Source of the DNA: Chiloscyllium plagiosum
Lineage: Eukaryota
Direction: 5' to 3'
Length of the DNA stretch: 64,000 nucleotides
Assembly: GCF_004010195.1 (NCBI RefSeq)
Contig: NC_057719.1
Coordinates: 63,112,478-63,176,477, forward strand
Under the pieces are notes generated by a model. It had not been told where the DNA came from, ran no database searches, and saw only the letters and a list, made by a program, of their open reading frames with translations. Shown one piece after another: positions 38,091 to 52,204 of this stretch (positions within the stretch are counted from its first letter, which is position 1; each line of letters starts with the position of its first letter). A program made the translations under genes and the position numbers.

Positions 38091-41000
38091 TGCCAATGAT
38101 GTTTTCAGCGGTGCCTACTGTCATTCACGAACGAATGCTGCAAGAAAATATTTCAGTCAAAAGGCAGACACACTGTTAAATTCAAATCGCCAAAGGTTAC
38201 TGTCTGAATTGCATGAAATTCATAATTCACTTCACAAAACCTCACTGTCTGACTCCTCACTGACATTCATCAAATGGTATGAAGTTGCTCTTCTTTTGCC
38301 AGTTTCTGCTTTTAATGGAGAGGGAATGAGGAATAAACCTGCTTGTAAGAGGGAGTTTGATCATTAAATCTGTTTGAAGAGGTGCCTCTTTTTTAACGTT
38401 GATTCCATTTTTAACCACAGTGGACCTAATTTCCCAGGTCCCATGAAACTCAGCAGGTCACAGGGAGCAAGAATAGGCAGATAAGAAGGAAAGTGGCTTT
38501 GCAATTTAGCTGAGAGCTTTCAGAATATATGCCCTATACTGTGTGTTTTCCTGAAAACATCCACCTGCTTTGTGTTCACAGTCAAGAAATGCCACTATCA
38601 CCATCTAATCTCACCAATCACATCCTTCCCTACAACTGAAATTTCCAAAACCCTCTCAAAATAGTGATTCAACCCTCTTTCCAAGCACTACCTACTCTCC
38701 ATGACATGTGCTAACATTACTCTCCTAATAGACTTCCAGACCTCCATGATCAGATTGCTGGATTACAATCTACCCCTTCTGACCCCCACCTCTACAATGC
38801 GTTCCCTTTTCACTCAGTCACCAACTCTGGTCACTCTCTGTATGCTGCGTAATGAAGTCTATCTGCTGAGAGATTTCCCCATCTGACAAAGGGGAAAGCA
38901 ATCATGTTATTTGGGAAACCTGGAGAAAAAAAAGTGTTTTAAACAACACGCACCAGTTAAAAATTATAGGACACTGAGGACGTATGTGCTTTCAATTTTC
39001 CCATCTATAATCCCTCATTCCTTTGCCAAAAATACTAAGATAACTTTAGAGTCTTAAATATTATTCATTCAAGTTGAAGTTCCCTTCTGTCAATATAACA
39101 AATGCTAATTATAGACAATCAACCTCTCTGGTACTGTGATGTTAACTATTACAACTATTATATTGGCTTGATTGAAGATAGAAATTTCTTGAATATTTAT
39201 ATTATTTAATTTTGTCTGTCCCATTTTTTTCCCTTTATCTCTCTCCCTTAATCTAATATTTATTTACCTATCTTTATGTCCCTTTCTGTTCTGATTCGCA
39301 ATTGAATACACCACTTCTAAATCTTTGCACTGTTAATTCATCATCTTTTGCTCTAATTGATAAAGAATATTTACACTATTGCTTTCCCTGTCATCTCACG
39401 CCCTAGGTGTCTTGCTTCTCTCATTGCACATATATCAGGCTCACACTTTCAGCCACTTTAAGGCAAGGCAGCACAAGAAGTCCCATGAGGACAGGAATTG
39501 ACCTGAAATTAAATGTAATTGATTTGAAATGTGTCTATGAATATGAAAAACAGTTATACCCAAATTGTGCAGCATTGTATTTGTTGACTCTGTGAGCAAC
39601 ATGACCTCTTTTCCCCTTCCTGACTGAGCCATTTTTTAAATATAAAAGTAGAAAAATCTCCATTCTTAAATCTGCACTGCTAGTTTGTTGAATGGACCAT
39701 TCTTGCCCTTTTGTGCCGCTGAAAACCAGAAAGGACAAAATAATGAAGGTCCTCATGATTATCCTTTCAATTTGTTTCTTTAAACTTCCTGAAAGAACCT
39801 GAATGTCTAGCACTAGGTGTGTCTTCTATATAAGTAACTAAGCTTCTGTGTGAGCACAGTGATGCCAATGAAAACTAATGACCTTAAGCTTGCAGTTAAT
39901 TTATGAGAGATGTGGTATCACTTTGGTGTACAAAGTAAATGCAGATAAACCTTGGACATTTGCAGTAGGTTTTTGCTGCCCTTTAACTTTCAGAATTCCA
40001 AGACATAGGTGCTGCTTACCATATTCATCTAATCTGTGTTTCTTTGAAAATGTGTACTGTCAAAAATAATTTCTGAGATCAATTTTAGCAGTAGATGAAA
40101 CAATTTGATTGCTGTGAAGACCTTTGATCTTGGGCAAGTTTTTTTTAATGTCATTTTTGAAAGAGCTGCTGACTAATCTGAATAGGTCCAGCATTCTACG
40201 CTCAAAGCGAGTTTGCCAGTATGCAACAGTGGATATTATGAATGATTGGCAGCAGAGGACACCAGGTTCTGATGGCAGTCGACATTGTATGTGGTAATAT
40301 TTAACATAATGCTTTCAAGAACGAATATGTTCATAGATTTAATGGAAATTAGTCAACTGGATTGAAAACTGACTACACAATAGAATGAAGAGCATGATTA
40401 AAAACAGAGCAGTCTGCAGCTAGTAGGCACTTCTGGGAATTATCCTGGATTCTGTACTGTATGAATTATTCATCTAAACGGTTTGATAGAGAGTAGTGCT
40501 AATATTACAAAACTTGAGACAGTTCCAACCATTCAGGTAGGTAACAAGAGTAAAGGAAATCAATGTCTGGTCACCTTAAATGAGTAGGTTAACAGGTAGC
40601 AGATGAATAATTGTAACAATGCATATCGGAAAACAAAGCATCACATACTTACTTAATAGTTAAATGTTTATCCAGAAATAATTCTAATGAGATGATGTTC
40701 AACTCCATTCAAATTGTGTAGTCCATATAAATTTTTCAGCAACAGAGGCATCAGATGTGGATTGCAAGGTTGGCTTTCAGTCAAGGGGGTGGTTGCAGAG
40801 CAGAGTGCACCTATTGTAATTGCTGTGAGATCCAAGTCTGTTTTTATTTGTAACCTCAAAGTTACAACTCAAGCTCCCATGGCCAAGACAGGATCCATAT
40901 TTGCATGTTAAAACTGGCAGGCCACTCAAAACAAGCAGATGCCCCACTGACATTTTCAGAACTCGACTTAAGATGACAACCCAGACACCACTTTCCAACA

Positions 41001-41341
41001 GCTGAAGCCACATATATACCAGACAGGCCAGGTCCCCACATATAATTATGAGTCAAAATGTGATTATTATGAGTCAAAGTTGATATCTTTATTCTGTAAA
41101 CCATTTCTTTAACTTGTCTTAAATATTAGTGGTGCTTATATATCATTAAAAGAGAGGTCTTAAGGCAGAATGGGTAGCATCCCTACTTCTGAGCCTAAAC
41201 TTGTGCTTTCAACTCCCACTGCAGGACTTGATGTACTCCAATGGTGTGTCCATAATGCAGCCAAACAGTTTGATCGTTAACCTGAAAATCCTTCTAGCGT
41301 TCTTATTTAATGTGGGTCTGAAAGGGTTAATACCAAGGAAT

Positions 41342-41386
41342 AAAGTTTCAACTTTGATCTCCAGCATCTGCAGACCTCACTTTCTC
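41342..41386 (+). mobile_element. 45-bp PLE terminal fragment
   Basis: aaagtttcaactttgatctccagcatctgcagacctcactttctc between two copies of the 24-bp ctgaaagggttaataccaaggaat. Confidence 0.9.
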
Positions 41387-43553
41387 CTGAAAGGGTTAAT
41401 ACCAAGGAATGCCAAAAGCACTGCCCACTATAATGATGTCAGGTGGACTTGTGGGCAGAAAGCTTAGATTCTTGAAGGGGTGAAACGTAACATCTGCTCC
41501 TCCTCAAGGGAAAAACATACTTGACCTTATCCTAACAAATCTACCTGTAACAGATGCGTCTGTTTATAACAGTATTAGTAGGAGTGACTACTGCACAGTC
41601 CTTGTGGATAAAAAGTCCCACCTTTACATTGAGGATACTCTCCTTTGTGTTGGGTGGTACTACTACATTGTTAAGTGGGATTGATTTCGGACACATGTAG
41701 CATCTATGTGGCACAGTTGGGCGTCATCAACAGCAGAATTTAATTCAAACAAAATCTGTAACCTCATGAACCAGCATATCCACTGCTGCCATCAGTCCAA
41801 GGCATCAACCCTTGTTCAATGAGGAGCACAGACGGGCATGCCTAGCACAGCACCAGACAAGCCTAAAAATAAGGTGTCAACCTGGTGAAAACTAAAAGAC
41901 AGGATTATGTGCCATAAACAGTGAAAGCAGCATTTGATGCACAGAACTAAGCCATCCCAGGACCAATGCATCACATTTAAGCTCTGCCGTCCTGACAAAT
42001 CCAATTGTGAATGGTGGTTATCAATTAAACAACCCACTGGAGAAGAAAAGCTTTACAAATGTTCCCAATCTCATTGGTGGAAGAGCTCAATACATCAGAG
42101 TAAAAGATAAGACTTACCCATTTGCAAACATCTTCAGCCAAACATGCTGAGTCGATGATCCATCTTGGCCTCTTCCAGAGGGCCCCAGCATCACAGATGT
42201 TGTCTTCAGCCAATGAGATTCACTCAACATGATATCAAGAAACAGTTCTGGACACTGCAAAGGCTATTGGCTGTGACAGCATTCAAGCAATAGTACTCCA
42301 CAACTGACTCCAAGTCAAGCATTTCCAGTTTAGCTACAACACTGGCATCTACCGAACAATATGGAAAATTGTTCAGATAGGTCCTGCTCACAGAAGGGAG
42401 GATAAATCCAAGACAGACAGTTATCACCTTATCAGTCTATTCTTGATCATCATCAGAATGATGCATGGGGTCATCAGGAGTGTTATCAAGTGGCACTTGC
42501 AAAGAAATAGCTTTCTTACTGATGCTCAGTTTGGGTTCTGCAAGACCCATTCATATCCATATCATTACAGCCTAGGTCCAAATATGGACAAATGAGCTGA
42601 GCTCTAGTGGTGAGGTGAGCTGAGGTGAGATGAGGTAACTGCCCTTGGCATCAAGACAGCATTTGGATGAGCGTGGCATCAAAGAACCACAGCAAAGTTG
42701 GGAATGGGAATCAGATGGAAAACTCCATTTTTTGGTGTCATACCTGGCACAAAGGAAAATGGTTGTGGTGTATGGAGATGGATCATCTCAGTCCATGGAG
42801 CAGTAGGGTCTCTGATGGCAAGTGGTAATGGAGGGAGCGAGGACATTTGGTTCTTCATCTGGTGGAGCAGGTGGATGGAGACTGAGGACATGAGCAAGAC
42901 TCCAAGGAAAAAGGAGCAGAGTCCCAGAACTTGAGAGTAGTTAGAGGACTAGGAAGAGAAGTTAGAGCAGGTAAGCAATTGCTGTATGACTGGCCAGACC
43001 AAAAGGCAGGATCCCAGAACCACAGACTCCTCAAAAAGAGAGACACACAGACAGACAGACAGACTAAGAACGCAGCCTGGAGCTGGAGACTGGTGGATCA
43101 GTATTGAAGAGCCAGGATCATGAATAAAGCAGTTCAAAGCCACCTTAGGTGGTTACATAGCTGCGAAGTGAGAGTGGAGTGAATCAACAGCTGCAGAAGT
43201 TTTAGGTGAGCGAGTTGAGAAAAACCCATGAGATCAAGAGGCCATAGAAGCGAAAGATCTACTTTGTGTCAAGGTGATAAGATAGTTGTTAATCTGTGGT
43301 CACAGGAAGTTAGCTGTAGGAGCTCCCCTGACCCAGGTGATTAAAGCTCAGGAGTTAACCTGTACAACAATACCCAGATGGACTTGCAACCATTGGGTGA
43401 AAATCCATAATAAATATTTCATTCCATAAATCCATGAAGAGTTCACATGCTTTTCCATTAATATCTACAAGCATTTATTACCAATGGAAAAAAGAATTCC
43501 TATTTTGTAACCTTGGTGTGGTTCTTGTGATTAAATTGCCTTTTACACAGGAC

Positions 43554-43775
43554 TGAAAATATGTTGCTGGAAAAGCGCAGCAGATCAGGCAGCATCCAAG
43601 GAACAGGAGAATCAACGTTTCAGGCATAAACCCTTCTTCAGGAATGAAGAAGGGCTTATGCCCGAAACGTCGATTCTCCTGTTCCTTGGATGCTGCCTGA
43701 CCTGCTGCGCTTTTCCAGCAACACATTTTCAGCTCTGATCTCCAGCATCTGCAGTCCTCACTTTCTCCTCGAAGA
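43554..43775. mobile_element. PLE terminal-repeat insertion with inverted arms
   Basis: Palindromic. 13-bp repeat ttttacacaggac at 43541-43553 and 43776-43788. Confidence 0.9.
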
Positions 43776-44048
43776 TTTTACACAGGACCTCATGTTATCC
43801 TATGCTCAACCATCTTCAGCAGCATCACCAATGATGGTAATGCCATCATAGGGTCAGAAGTGATGGTGTTCACTGAAGGTTACACAATATTTAGCACTAT
43901 TCACAATCTTCAGATACTGAATCAGCCTATGTCCAAATGCAACAAGATCTGGACAATATCATGGTTTCAGTTGATAAGTGGCAAACAATATTTGTGCTAT
44001 ATGAGTGCCAGACAATAACCATCTCCAACAAGATAGACTCTATCTTTA

Positions 44049-44677
44049 CAGGTAATTCTTCTATTATGGAGTGGTTGCGTTCTCGTGCAACACCATGTTA
44101 TAGAAAATCATACAATATAAATAATGGGCCCTATGGGGAAAACAGGGCTGAGGCGAACCACCAAAAATGTCAGTAAAAATCAAAACAAAAATGTTAGTTA
44201 GCCTAACACAAATGATAGCACAGTCTAAGTAAATCTTTAAATCATTATATTTTAATGAAATAGTACAGTAAATTTAACGCTCTAACATGAAAATTACTGA
44301 CTACAGCACTGTACCTTTCACAAAGCTCTTCATCAGAAAGCATGCGAGCTGACTGACCACGTGATGCCGCGTGGAAGCCCAGTGCTCCTCAAGACTCTCC
44401 GACAGTTTGAAATAAAGTTCCTTCTAAATGTAAACACCAATTCCCAATTTCAAGCTACGTTTCAAGGCTTACAGCGCTGATTGCATTCCTGTTTTAGCTG
44501 AACACACTGAATTTGCATTTTGCAGGCAGAGGATCCTGAAGCCGGGGTTTTCCTGTTGGGAATGGAATCGCATAACAGCGAAATTCAGTTGGCTTTATAA
44601 AATTAAGGTTCACAATTCACAAGTCGCGTTGCAATCAAATCATGTTTAATAAATGTGCGTTATAGGACTACTATCTG
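44049..44677. mobile_element. Tigger/pogo-like MITE (diverged)
   Basis: TA|caggtaattcttctattatg ... cgttataggactactatctg|TA: imperfect TIRs with TA flanks, interrupting a LINE remnant. Confidence 0.55.
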
Positions 44678-45931
44678 TACTGAAGTAGCTTGATACAATC
44701 CAGGACAAACCCCGTTTGATTCATACCCTATCCATCACTCTAATAGCAGATGCCAGCCTTCACTTTCACTTGGTCAAAATCCTGGAACTCCCTTCTGAAC
44801 ATCACTGTGTGTTGCCAGACATCTGAAGGACTCCAGCAGTTCAGGAAGGTGGTTTAGCACTATCTTCACCAAGAAACATAGAGATCCTGCAAAACCCAAA
44901 TCTCACAAACAAACTTTTAAAAAACTGCTCCTCTTATGTTCTTGTGTTACTCGTCATAAGTATGTTCTGGAAAAACCCACATTTAAAATGTTTAATTACA
45001 ATCCCAACATTTAGAGTGTTTCTTTAGAATAGCAAGGGTAAGAAGATAAAGTTGGAACAGGTTGTAACTGAATTTGTTTTTATCATATGGGCATTCACAA
45101 AAAAAAGCAAGAATTGAATATGGTTGAACAGGGGTGAGCATGTAGAAAGATATTGTGGAAAACAGCCTTGCAACTGATGCCAGAGGTAACAGTTGCTCTT
45201 TGACTGGTAAACTTGTAGCATATGTGTTGATGCGGGGACTTCAATCTCCTGCTCAGCCTAAAGAAAAAATCCATGATGAGTTGGCCCAAGTGAACTAATA
45301 CAGTATATGTCTCAAAGCCACTTGTTATTGCAGGATGCTTTTAAGCTTAACCAAAGGAGGTAAAGGGCTGATGAAGATATTAGTCCCTTTGTGGCAGAAG
45401 CTGATAAAAACATCAGATTTTAATGATGACACCATGAGACAAATTGGATTGCAGGTTGGAGGAAACTTCAATGTAGAGAAAATGATCAATAGGATGAAGA
45501 CTGACATCGATAAGAGCTCTCAAAACAATAAAGTTTTTTTAAAATTTCTTCATTCACAAGATCTGGGTATTGGTGGCTATGCCAGTATTTCTTGCTCATC
45601 CCTACTTGCCCTTGAGAAAGTGGTGGTGAGCTGCCTTTTTGAACTGCTGAAGCCCATGGAGTATAGACATATCCACAGAAAGAGGCAATTCCAGGATTTG
45701 ACCCACTAACTGTATACTTCCAAGTCAAGATGGTGTGTGGCTTGGAGGCTAACTTGCATGTGGTGGTGATATTGTGCATCTTCCGCCTTCAACCTCCTAG
45801 AAAGTAGTGGTGATGGGTTTGAAAGGCACTGCCTAAGGAGGTTTGGAGAATTCCTGCAGTGCATCTAGTAATTGGTACACACTGTTGCCACTTTGCTTTG
45901 ATATTGAAGGGACTGTATGTTTAAGATATGG

Positions 45932-46134
45932 AAATGTGTTGCTGGAAAAGCGCAGTAGGTCAGGCAGCATCCAGGGAACAGGAGAATCGACGTTTCGGGC
46001 ATAAGCCCTTCTTCAGGAAGCTTATGCCCGAAACGTCGATTCTCCTGTTCCCTGGATGCTGCCTGACCTGCTGCGCTTTTCCAGCAACACATTTCCAGCT
46101 CTGATCTCCAGCATCTGCAGACCTCACTTTCTCC
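45932..46134. mobile_element. PLE terminal-repeat insertion with inverted arms; intact hammerhead core on the minus strand (45989-46016)
   Basis: 15-bp repeat atgtttaagatatgg at 45917-45931 and 46135-46149. Confidence 0.92.
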
Positions 46135-46334
46135 ATGTTTAAGATATGGCCAACCAAGCTTCTTGAGTGTCGTTGCAGTTGCATCAATCCAAGCAAATGA
46201 AGACTATTGCCTTCACACTCCTAGCTTGTGCCTTGTAGATAGTGCAGAGGCTCTGGAGAGTCAGGAAGTGAGTTTCTTGCCATGAAATTCCTAGCTTCTG
46301 AACTATTCTCATAGCCATACTATTTATATGGATA

Positions 46335-46454
46335 CTGAAAACAAAAAATGCCGGAAATCGCAACAGGTCAGGCAGCATCCATGGAGAGAGAGCAGGCTAA
46401 CATTTTGAGTCTAGCTGATTCATAGTGAGGTTTTGTAGATTCCAGCATCTGCTC
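46335..46454. mobile_element. PLE terminal-repeat insertion (older subfamily)
   Basis: 15-bp repeat ctatttatatggata at 46320-46334 and 46455-46469. Confidence 0.85.
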
Positions 46455-48789
46455 CTATTTATATGGATAGTCCTGTTCAGTTGCTTGTTAACAGTAACCT
46501 CTCACCTGTCTTAAGTATGTCTTCTTTATTTTCATTGATATCTTCTTTTTCACATAGGGAGCACTGGATTTGTTTGTCATTCCTTTCCATTTTGAAGGTA
46601 ATCCACTGTTTGTCCGATCAACCTGATATCCAGTTTTTCCAGCCCAGCACCATTTGTACCCTGAAGTTGCTATTTCCCCAATTAATTCTTTTGGATTGTC
46701 TGCCTATTGTTCTTTCTATCATTGTCCTGAACCTCACAATACAATGTTGACCACCTCTTAAATGTTCCCCAAGTGACACTGATCTATGTGGTCCACCTCA
46801 TTTCCAAGAACCAGGTCCCACAGAGCATCCTTTCCTGTTAAACTCAACCGCACTGCTGCAGAAAATTTTCTTGAACCCAATCTTGTAATGTTTGCCCCTC
46901 TCCTACGTTAACACTATCCTATGCCAGTTTATGTTTAGGGAGTTAAATGCCCAATCGAAATCACCATTTTGGATTTCTCTACTAATCTCTAGAGACCTAT
47001 GGTGCAGATTTTTCGATGGACAGTTATTATTTCAGCACATGGGAATTATACATGGGGACCCTGTCACAACCCCTATAATAGCAGAATCTTCCTATATTCT
47101 ATTCTGCTGTGTATCTAGGCAGCAAGATGCTTCATGTCCCAACACTTTAATGATGGTGCAAAGCCATGAAGGAAAAGCAAAGAAAGCAAATCCTGCACTC
47201 TGGGTTTTTCTCACCTTGTGGGACATTCTGCCGCATGTGTGCAAAGGCCTGTGGTCAAGAATTGACTTTGTCAGTCAAGTGGAGATGGACATCAGGAACT
47301 CATAACCATGAGTGCACATCATCTACAAACTGAGGGACTGCTGCAAATGCTAATTAAGCAGGAAACCTTCAATCCTCCATCCCAAGCCATTACTCATAAT
47401 TGCAATTGCATCCAATGATTGTTGGATGGCAGGCTCAATTATTAATTATTTCTAGCTGAGAAGCCAATCCATTGTCGCCCAATTTCAAACTCTCACTCAC
47501 CTGCTTCAGAGTTAGGATTCTAATTGCATTCTATAAAACCTCTTCCAAGCTTGCAGAAAGTATTTGACATAAAAATCTAAGTTTCCTGTCACTAGATATT
47601 TCAGATGTATTTAATAATATTGAGGAATGATTGTCAAACTGAGCTAGAAGCCCATACAATTTACAACTTGCCTTTCCATTAATTGCAAACCTAAAAATTT
47701 AGTCTAAATATGCAGAAGTGTAATGCTCATAAAAAATCACTTATTGTGATTCTTGCTCTTAACTTTGAGTTACTCAAACTGTTTTCTCATTCAACACTCT
47801 GATTTTCTTAATCAACAGTAGATGAGTGTCATAACATTCAAGGCTATGGACCAAGAGCTGGAAAGTGGAACTAGTGTTTAGAATTTTGACAATACAGACA
47901 TGATGGGTAAGGTCCTCTTCTGTATTGTATGATTCTACGATTCTAGATATGCCAAGGCCAACAGCCATCAATGCTGTACCTCAACAGCAGTTACATTGTT
48001 GAAGCAATCAAACTCTTTCATAACTATCGACTTGTTCCAGGCAACAATACAAGAAAGGATCAGTCAATGTGCTAATTATCATTAAATTGCCCAGGTCACT
48101 GCTGCCTATTCTGACTTTCTAGCATAGTAATTGATAAGCTTCCTTTAAGGGGAATCGAGCTGTCATGTAAGGTAACAGTTCTGCAAGGGTTAATGTAGGA
48201 GGTAATACAAAGCTCCATGCAATCTTGGTTGTGGAAACAGGAGTTGAGATAAGGTCCAAATGGAGACAGTTGCTTCAACAGTATCTCCTGGCTGTCCTAG
48301 GTATTATTTCTAGCTAGTCAACTAGCAACCCATCACCATGCAATAAACTATGTCATGTTATGGCAAATGCCTCTTCTTATTAGTACCTACTAGTTGTTCA
48401 TGTCTGCCACTGATAAACCAATAAACCTTTAGACCAAATGTAGAAAGGAGAATTAGAGGGTCATTGCGGCACAGTGGGAGTACCTCCTACCTCTATGCTG
48501 GAAGGCCTGAGTTCAAGTCCCACCCACAACAGAAATGTGTCATACAGGTTAATTAAAACTATCTAGAAAGGAGGATTCTGTTAACCTTTTGATTATTGAT
48601 TTTATGACAGTATCCCATCATTGGCTTTCTAAGTTGATTAATGTTTATATTAAAATGTAGGATTTTATTTTAAAAATATAGAAAGCAGGATTTACAAAGA
48701 AGTCTACCTGAACTATTAACCTGGTAGTACTTGGTTCCATAGCACATACAACAAGAACTACATTAAACTCTTTCCATGGATTTGTACTA

Positions 48790-49270
48790 CAACAACAATG
48801 TATAATTACATAGCACCTTTAACATTATAAAACTTCACAAACTCTTTATGGGAGAACTTTAAAACAAAATGTGACACATATGGAGATAATAGGCTAGATG
48901 GCCAAAAGGAGGTTTGTACTGTGGGAAAGTAAGATCAAAGTAGAGCACAGGCCGTTGAAATCTTGGCCACCCATGGTAGACCAATTAAAACTAAAATATC
49001 CAAAAAGCTAGAGACAGAGGAGTGCAAATATTTCTGAGGGTAGTGGGATGAGAGCAGATTACAGAGCTATGGAGACATAAAGTCATGGAGAGATTTGCAA
49101 ACAAGAACAAGAATTTTAAAATGAAGATGTTGCTTGACCTTGAGCCATTGCAAGGCAGTGGCCATAGGGGTGGCAGAGGAATAGAACCCACAGGGAGCAT
49201 AAGCAAACTCAGGCTTATGAAGGATCAATATTAGATATGATTCAGAGGTACATTGAACTAGTCTGGTGGC
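48790..49270 (-). mobile_element. Old L2 3' fragment
   Basis: Minus peptide LQWLKVKQHLHFKILVLVCKSLH, with a (caa)n tail. Confidence 0.7.
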
Positions 49271-50403
49271 AATAAAGATAACAATGAAGGTTAACTCTGT
49301 TTCTCTCTTTGCAGATGCTACCAGAGTTGCTGAGTATTTCCACAATTTTCTGATTTGTTTCCTATTGCACTCCCTTGAGCTATGCTATTAAGTACATATT
49401 GAGTGATTATGTGCATTCCTGAATGTAAGAAACTCAGTTAAGTAATGGGAATGACTTGCATTGTAGTATCAGAGAGAATATCATAGGCAATATCCCAAGC
49501 TTATACGTTTAATGAACAAATAGATTGTGCTATATTCTTTAGGCAGTGACATTTAATTTACATGGAGGTTAACTGAATGTAAAATACCTTGCTTACAGAA
49601 AGTCTGTAAAATATTTGTAAGTTGAATGAATGTATCATAAGAGCATGTTGTATGTGTGAATTATTACAATTGGTTTATCATCTTTCCAGCTTTGCTTTAG
49701 TTTGGTCTGATTGAGTGTTAAGTGAGGTTTTAGAGTGTTTGTTCCTGTCCTTCATATTGCACTTATTGCAAAATTAGAGATCTATTTTTGTAAGAATGTT
49801 AAGCTCACTACACTCACGGTTGTAACTTTGATATCAACAGTTGTGTTACTAACATCAAACAACAAGTTACATTTATTTATTCTGATTGTAATTTCATATC
49901 TCAGCACTTTTACTCAAAATCTGACACTTTCATTCAGAGCCTTAAACATCCTCCTGTTACCTGACTCAGTAGAAACTCTTGTTTAATCAATCTTCATAGA
50001 GACTACTTCACTGTGGCCTTAAACAATAGATTTTGAAATCCATTCACTCCTGCCATTTATAATTTTTAGAAACAGTTAATGTAAACGTGCATGTTTGCTG
50101 GTATACTGTATCCCATAAATAACTCTGCTTCCTAATGAACATTTCCATCCCTCTCCCAGGCAACAGTCTGAGATTTAAGCCAGATTGTTCACAACGTTGG
50201 TGTCACATCTGATTTTGAAATTAGCTTCAGACCTTATATTTCTGTCATCTCTAAGATTAGCTAATCCCATCTTCATAACATTGCTCAATGATCATCTGCT
50301 ACTGCAAGTTTTATTTTGGCCGTCTGTTCCTTGAATCTTGATTATTCCAATGCATTTCTGGATGGTCTCCTATGTTCTATTCTCTGTAAAGTTGAAACTA
50401 CCT

Positions 50404-51511
50404 TGTTACGACTCAATGACACAGTGTTCTAGAATCGACCCCCATTATTTCCAGGGTAGTCACAAAAGTTAAAAATTTCAAGAAGTTTGCAATTTCCCCA
50501 AGTTATCTGACTTTCAGTCCCAGACTGACAAAAAGCACACACCTGGTTTCTGTATGGAAAAAGACTCACCGTTTATTACAAATAAATAGATCCTGGCCAC
50601 AGGTAAGCAGTTATAAACTGTCAAATTACAAATTTACTAATCAAAATTTGTATTCCTTATAAAGTCCCCCTTGCACATAATCAGATGAGGTAAAACAAGT
50701 TATGGATAAAGGAGATAATGGGAAACACAGTTCAATAGTCTGATACCTTTGTTGAGACAATCCTCACGATTCATTTGCTGGTTAACACAATGTTTCAGGT
50801 CAGGCAGCATCCAAGGAGCAGGAGAATCGACGTTTCGGGCATGAGTCCTTCTTCAGGATTCGTCGATTCTCCTGCTCCTTGGATGCTGCCTGACCTGCTG
50901 CGCTTTTCCAGCAACACATTTTCAGCTCTGATCTCCAGCATCTGCAGTCCTCACTTTCTCCAACACAATGTTTCAGTCATCTTTTTCCAGTTACTTTTAC
51001 AAGTTGGTAAGAGACACAAGGTGCCTGGTCCAATCATAAAAAAAATCCCTGACTGAGCAATTTAAAGTCACAGTTTACAACAACTGTGCAGGAAAGAGAA
51101 ACAGGGTTTCTTCAGGTTGACTGCAGAGAACAGAGAAAAAACTCCACACTTCTCCTTCTCAGTCAGGAACTTGTTCCCAGCTGCAAGCTGTTTAGTTACT
51201 TGCAAACCAATTGCACCATTATTGGCAGGCAAAACGGTCTCTGCCATTGATAACTAGTCATGAGTCTATGGACCAAGCAACTTCTTGTTGCTTGCAAAAT
51301 TTTCATCAGTACACTCTCTCAGCATCAAATTGTCAATAACTAAAACAATTACTGCTTATTCAAGTAGTTGTTTATAATGCTTGCCATGTACATCAGGTTA
51401 CTTGTTTTTCAAAACTTAGCTGTCCATGAAACACAGGTTTCAAAACAGTTTTTTTTTGTTTTCAGTCCCCAGTTTTTTTAAAACACAGAACAAAGTAACA
51501 TGGTCCTAACA
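50404..51511. mobile_element. Putative solo LTR
   Basis: About 1.1 kb (including a nested insert), begins TGTTA and ends TAACA, and interrupts an L2. No clear TSD. Confidence 0.55.
50799..50961. mobile_element. PLE terminal-repeat insertion with inverted arms
   Basis: 15-bp repeat aacacaatgtttcag at 50784-50798 and 50962-50976. Hammerhead core on the minus strand at 50829-50856. Confidence 0.92.
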
Positions 51512-52204
51512 ATCCAAAACTTTCTGTCCCTGTCATAACCTGCAGTAAGTCTTGATTCACTCTCACTCCGTGCCTGCTGACTAATAGGTTTCCAGATGAG
51601 CCTTGACTTAATTTTAATTTTAATTCTTGTTTTCAAATCCATCAATGGCCTCACCCATTTCTGTAATCTCTTCCAACTCACAATCTCCAAATTTACCTTT
51701 ATTTCTCTAATTCTGGCCACGTGCATATTCACAATCCTAATGGCTCCATAATTGGTGGATATTCCTTCATTTGCCTGGGTCCCAAGATGCTGAATCCCCT
51801 CCCTGCATCTCCAATACGATACTTCTTAAAACCTTCCAAATTGACTAAGCTTTTCACCGTATTGTTATGTGGCTCGGTATCATAGTTTTTTTTTAAATGT
51901 CTCTGTGACAATTTCATTATGTTCGAGGTGCTCTGTAAATGAAACCTATTATTGATGGGCATCAAATGTGGATCATTGTTAGGACTTGTTTTTAAGAGAA
52001 TGCTGAATGCATTGGCAGTTTCCCCTCAAGAAAGGGTGTCACTGATCAAGCACAAGCACTAAAATGATGTGGTTTCCCATTAAAGACTCTGCCTTGATAT
52101 ATATTAACAAATAATTATAGAATGTGGACTTGTAATTGTTGAAAGCCTATGTAGAATAAGACTTTTAGGCATCCAAAGTGGTCCAAAGCATTGTTAAGCT
52201 TTTT

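Larger units (their letters stand above)
41430..44920 (+). mobile_element. Old CR1-group LINE (APE-RT remnants), interrupted by several insertions
   Basis: LDLILTNLPV.DA (APE) at ~41520, ttatcagtcta...cagtttgggtt (RT) at ~42430-42540, MQQDLDNI at 43937. Confidence 0.65.
45530..46495 (-). mobile_element. Old CR1-group LINE 3' part (same family as 41430)
   Basis: Minus peptide HFLTLQSLCTIYKAQARS. The tail gggcaagtagggatgagcaagaaatactggc is shared with SINE family B. Confidence 0.7.
50130..51950 (+). mobile_element. Old L2 fragment split by an LTR-like insertion
   Basis: gattattccaatgcatttctggatgg...taaagttg resumes as atccaaaact at 51512. Confidence 0.7.

Noticed and set aside
39535..39813. 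Signal-peptide-like MRTFIILSFLVFSGTKGQEW (minus strand)
   Set aside because: No recognisable domain follows, and there is no leader intron or RSS as expected for an Ig/TCR V gene. Probably chance.
41045..41078. Two AP-1 sites (attatgagtcaaa x2)
   Set aside because: A small local duplication explains them, and there is no other evidence of function.
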